This document shows positions 62,028-64,000 of a DNA stretch of 64,000 nt, piece after piece. The first letter of the stretch is position 1. The number at the start of each line of letters is the position of its first letter. This DNA is from Ruminococcus sp. GTDB taxonomy: Bacteria > Bacillota > Clostridia > Oscillospirales > Ruminococcaceae. The stretch is from the NCBI RefSeq assembly GCF_017650195.1, contig NZ_JAGCFH010000102.1, positions 40,845-104,844 of the forward strand, given 5' to 3'. Made by a program: the position numbers and the translations under genes. Under the pieces are notes generated by a model, which had not been told where the DNA came from, searched no databases, and saw nothing but the letters and a program-made list of their open reading frames with translations.

Positions 62028-64000
62028 GCGAAAAAGCAAAGAAAAAGGAACGCAGACTGCCTGCGTTCAATCCCCGGTATATCGTAACTCTTGCGCTGGC
62101 GGCGCTGATATTTTTCATGAATATACCAATGGTCGGCAAGTGCTACAGCCCCTTCGTTTACAACGACGAAATGGGCTACTGGATGCACGCAGCCGAATTG
62201 GCAGGACTTGACTGGAGAGGCGTTTCCGAAACGGTAGGTTGGTATTCCTACGGCTACAGTCTGCTGCTTCTACCTCTGGTGAAGCTGATATCCGACACAG
62301 TGCTGCTCTACCGTGCGGCTCTTGTCATGAATATAATAATGGACGAGATCTGCTATTTTATGTTCATATACATAATCAGGAGGCTTTTCCCGAAACTGGA
62401 GATACTTCCTGCAAGTGTTGTTGCGGCGGCAGGAATGCTGTATACCTCATACCAGTTCAACTCAGGCGTGGCATTTTCTGAGACTGTCCTGCTGCTTGCG
62501 GCTACGATAGTGACCTTACTCATAGTAAGGATAATGCAGAAGCCCACATACATAAATGCAGTAAGCCTCGGTCTTTTCAGCGTGTATATGTACATGGTAC
62601 ACAACAGGACTATAGGCATAGTCGCGTCCGTGGTATTCGTTTTGGCAGCCGCTGTTGTTTGCAAAAAGATAAAGCTCAGTCACGGCGGCGCGTTCATGCT
62701 TGCTCTCACAGCCGGCTTCATAGCCGATAAGCTGATAAGGAGACGTCTTGTCAGCGCCCTTTGGAGCAGCGGCTCCTCCGGAAATGACGCAGGCACAGTT
62801 TTTGAAAAGATGAAGATAGCCTTTTCCTCAGCCTCTGGCTTGTATAAGCTGATTGGAGTAATGTCGGGACAGATCTTTTCAATATCGGCAGGCACCTTCT
62901 GTCTGGTGCTGTTCGCTCTGCTCATAATGGCAAAGCGTGGAGCGACAGGCTTATATAATGCGCGGAAAGCGATTAAGGGCGGCAAAAAGCTCTTCGAGAC
63001 TGCTGACAGCAGGTTCTTTATGTTCCTGTTCATATTCTGCGCGTTTATATCTACATATTTCATCAGCTGCATTTTCATGATAGATTTCCAGCGTATCGAC
63101 CATATCCTGTATACAAGATACTTCGATATAGTTGTGGGACTGCTTATAATGATCGGCATAATTTTCCTGTTTGAAGCCGATAAACGGGATGTGCTCATTA
63201 TGATGTTCATACCCTTTATCATGAGGCTGGGAGCCAGCGGAGTTTCAAGGATACTGCCCCTTGTTGAGGATCAGGTCTTCAACAAGGTCTGCGCACCGCC
63301 TATATGCAAGCTCTTTGAGGAAAATCATCAGTACTTCCATGGATTCATAAGCTATTCGCTGTCATGGTTCTTTGCACTTGCGGCTATATCCTGTATGCTC
63401 AGGTGGAAAAAGCTGTGCATATACCTTTGCTCAGCGATATGCGCAGTTCTGTTCACTGTCAATACTCCCAGCGCACAGCTTGCTATAACTGTGAATCAGG
63501 AGGCTTACGAGGGCGACCGTGCTCTCTGCGCAAGAGCGAAGGAGCTGCCTGAGAAGCAGATATATGTAATTCGTGACGCAGGGACCTTCATATCTTTCTT
63601 ACAGTACGAAATGCATGATATACGTGTTGAGGTAACAGAGGACCCCGACGCCATCAGCGAAGAGGGATATATCTTTGCTCCCAACAGCGACCTTATAGAG
63701 CTTATGGGACATGAGATCATCGACCGCTCCGACAGGCATATAATCTATTCCACATCAAAGACGGAAACAGACAGCATAAATATCCCCCTCGACTTGATGA
63801 ACGTATTCGACACCGAGTGCTATATACCTTCCGAGGACGTCATAAATAGCTCGGAGGAATTCAACTATCTATGCTACGGACCGGGGCTGCGTCTGGCAGA
63901 GGGCTCCTACTCCTTCATGTTGGATATGAGCTTCTCAGGCTACTACGGTGATGCCGAGATAGGCTATGCCGAGATAAGCAGTGATGCCGGCGAGACTATA
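62024..64000 (+). CDS. Large polytopic membrane protein, probable GT-C-fold glycosyltransferase (partial; not in the ORF track)
   Basis: ATG overlaps the previous stop. Reads MSEKAKKKERRLPAFNPRYIVTLALAALIFF..YNDEMGYW..YSYGYSLLL, with many TMs. No stop noticed before the window end. Confidence 0.75.
   Translation, partial: MSEKAKKKERRLPAFNPRYIVTLALAALIFFMNIPMVGKCYSPFVYNDEMGYWMHAAELAGLDWRGVSETVGWYSYGYSLLLLPLVKLISDTVLLYRAALVMNIIMDEICYFMFIYIIRRLFPKLEILPASVVAAAGMLYTSYQFNSGVAFSETVLLLAATIVTLLIVRIMQKPTYINAVSLGLFSVYMYMVHNRTIGIVASVVFVLAAAVVCKKIKLSHGGAFMLALTAGFIADKLIRRRLVSALWSSGSSGNDAGTVFEKMKIAFSSASGLYKLIGVMSGQIFSISAGTFCLVLFALLIMAKRGATGLYNARKAIKGGKKLFETADSRFFMFLFIFCAFISTYFISCIFMIDFQRIDHILYTRYFDIVVGLLIMIGIIFLFEADKRDVLIMMFIPFIMRLGASGVSRILPLVEDQVFNKVCAPPICKLFEENHQYFHGFISYSLSWFFALAAISCMLRWKKLCIYLCSAICAVLFTVNTPSAQLAITVNQEAYEGDRALCARAKELPEKQIYVIRDAGTFISFLQYEMHDIRVEVTEDPDAISEEGYIFAPNSDLIELMGHEIIDRSDRHIIYSTSKTETDSINIPLDLMNVFDTECYIPSEDVINSSEEFNYLCYGPGLRLAEGSYSFMLDMSFSGYYGDAEIGYAEISSDAGETI

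Overview
Core-chromosome segment of a spore-forming clostridial Firmicute (Ruminococcus-like by gene content and protein style; inferred). It contains: a Leu T-box-controlled leuA-ilvB-ilvH-leuC(-leuD) operon; birA with an AIM24/small-membrane/zinc-ribbon cluster; spoIVB; ptsH; a rimM-trmD region interrupted by hypothetical membrane-anchored genes; purB; a kinase-less FHA + PP2C operon; secDF; an unusual F1Fo ATP synthase operon (delta fused in frame to alpha, two atpE copies encoding identical proteins, and a terminator inside the leader); a GDP-D-rhamnose (manC/gmd/rmd) glycan cluster; spoIID; citrate synthase with a lipoprotein and two-component system; prmC; recA-recX-rimO-pgsA; CIRCE-controlled htpG; a Cys T-box over an unknown gene and cysS; a WalJ-like gene; frameshifted rlmH; and a wzm/wzt + glycosyltransferase cluster that runs off the right end. 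No prophage, integrase, transposase, CRISPR, rRNA or tRNA was seen. A dispersed family of 24-nt GTAG-type REP-like palindromes occupies several intergenic spaces. The ATP synthase architecture is the strongest candidate for something unusual. All calls are by eye, without database searches.
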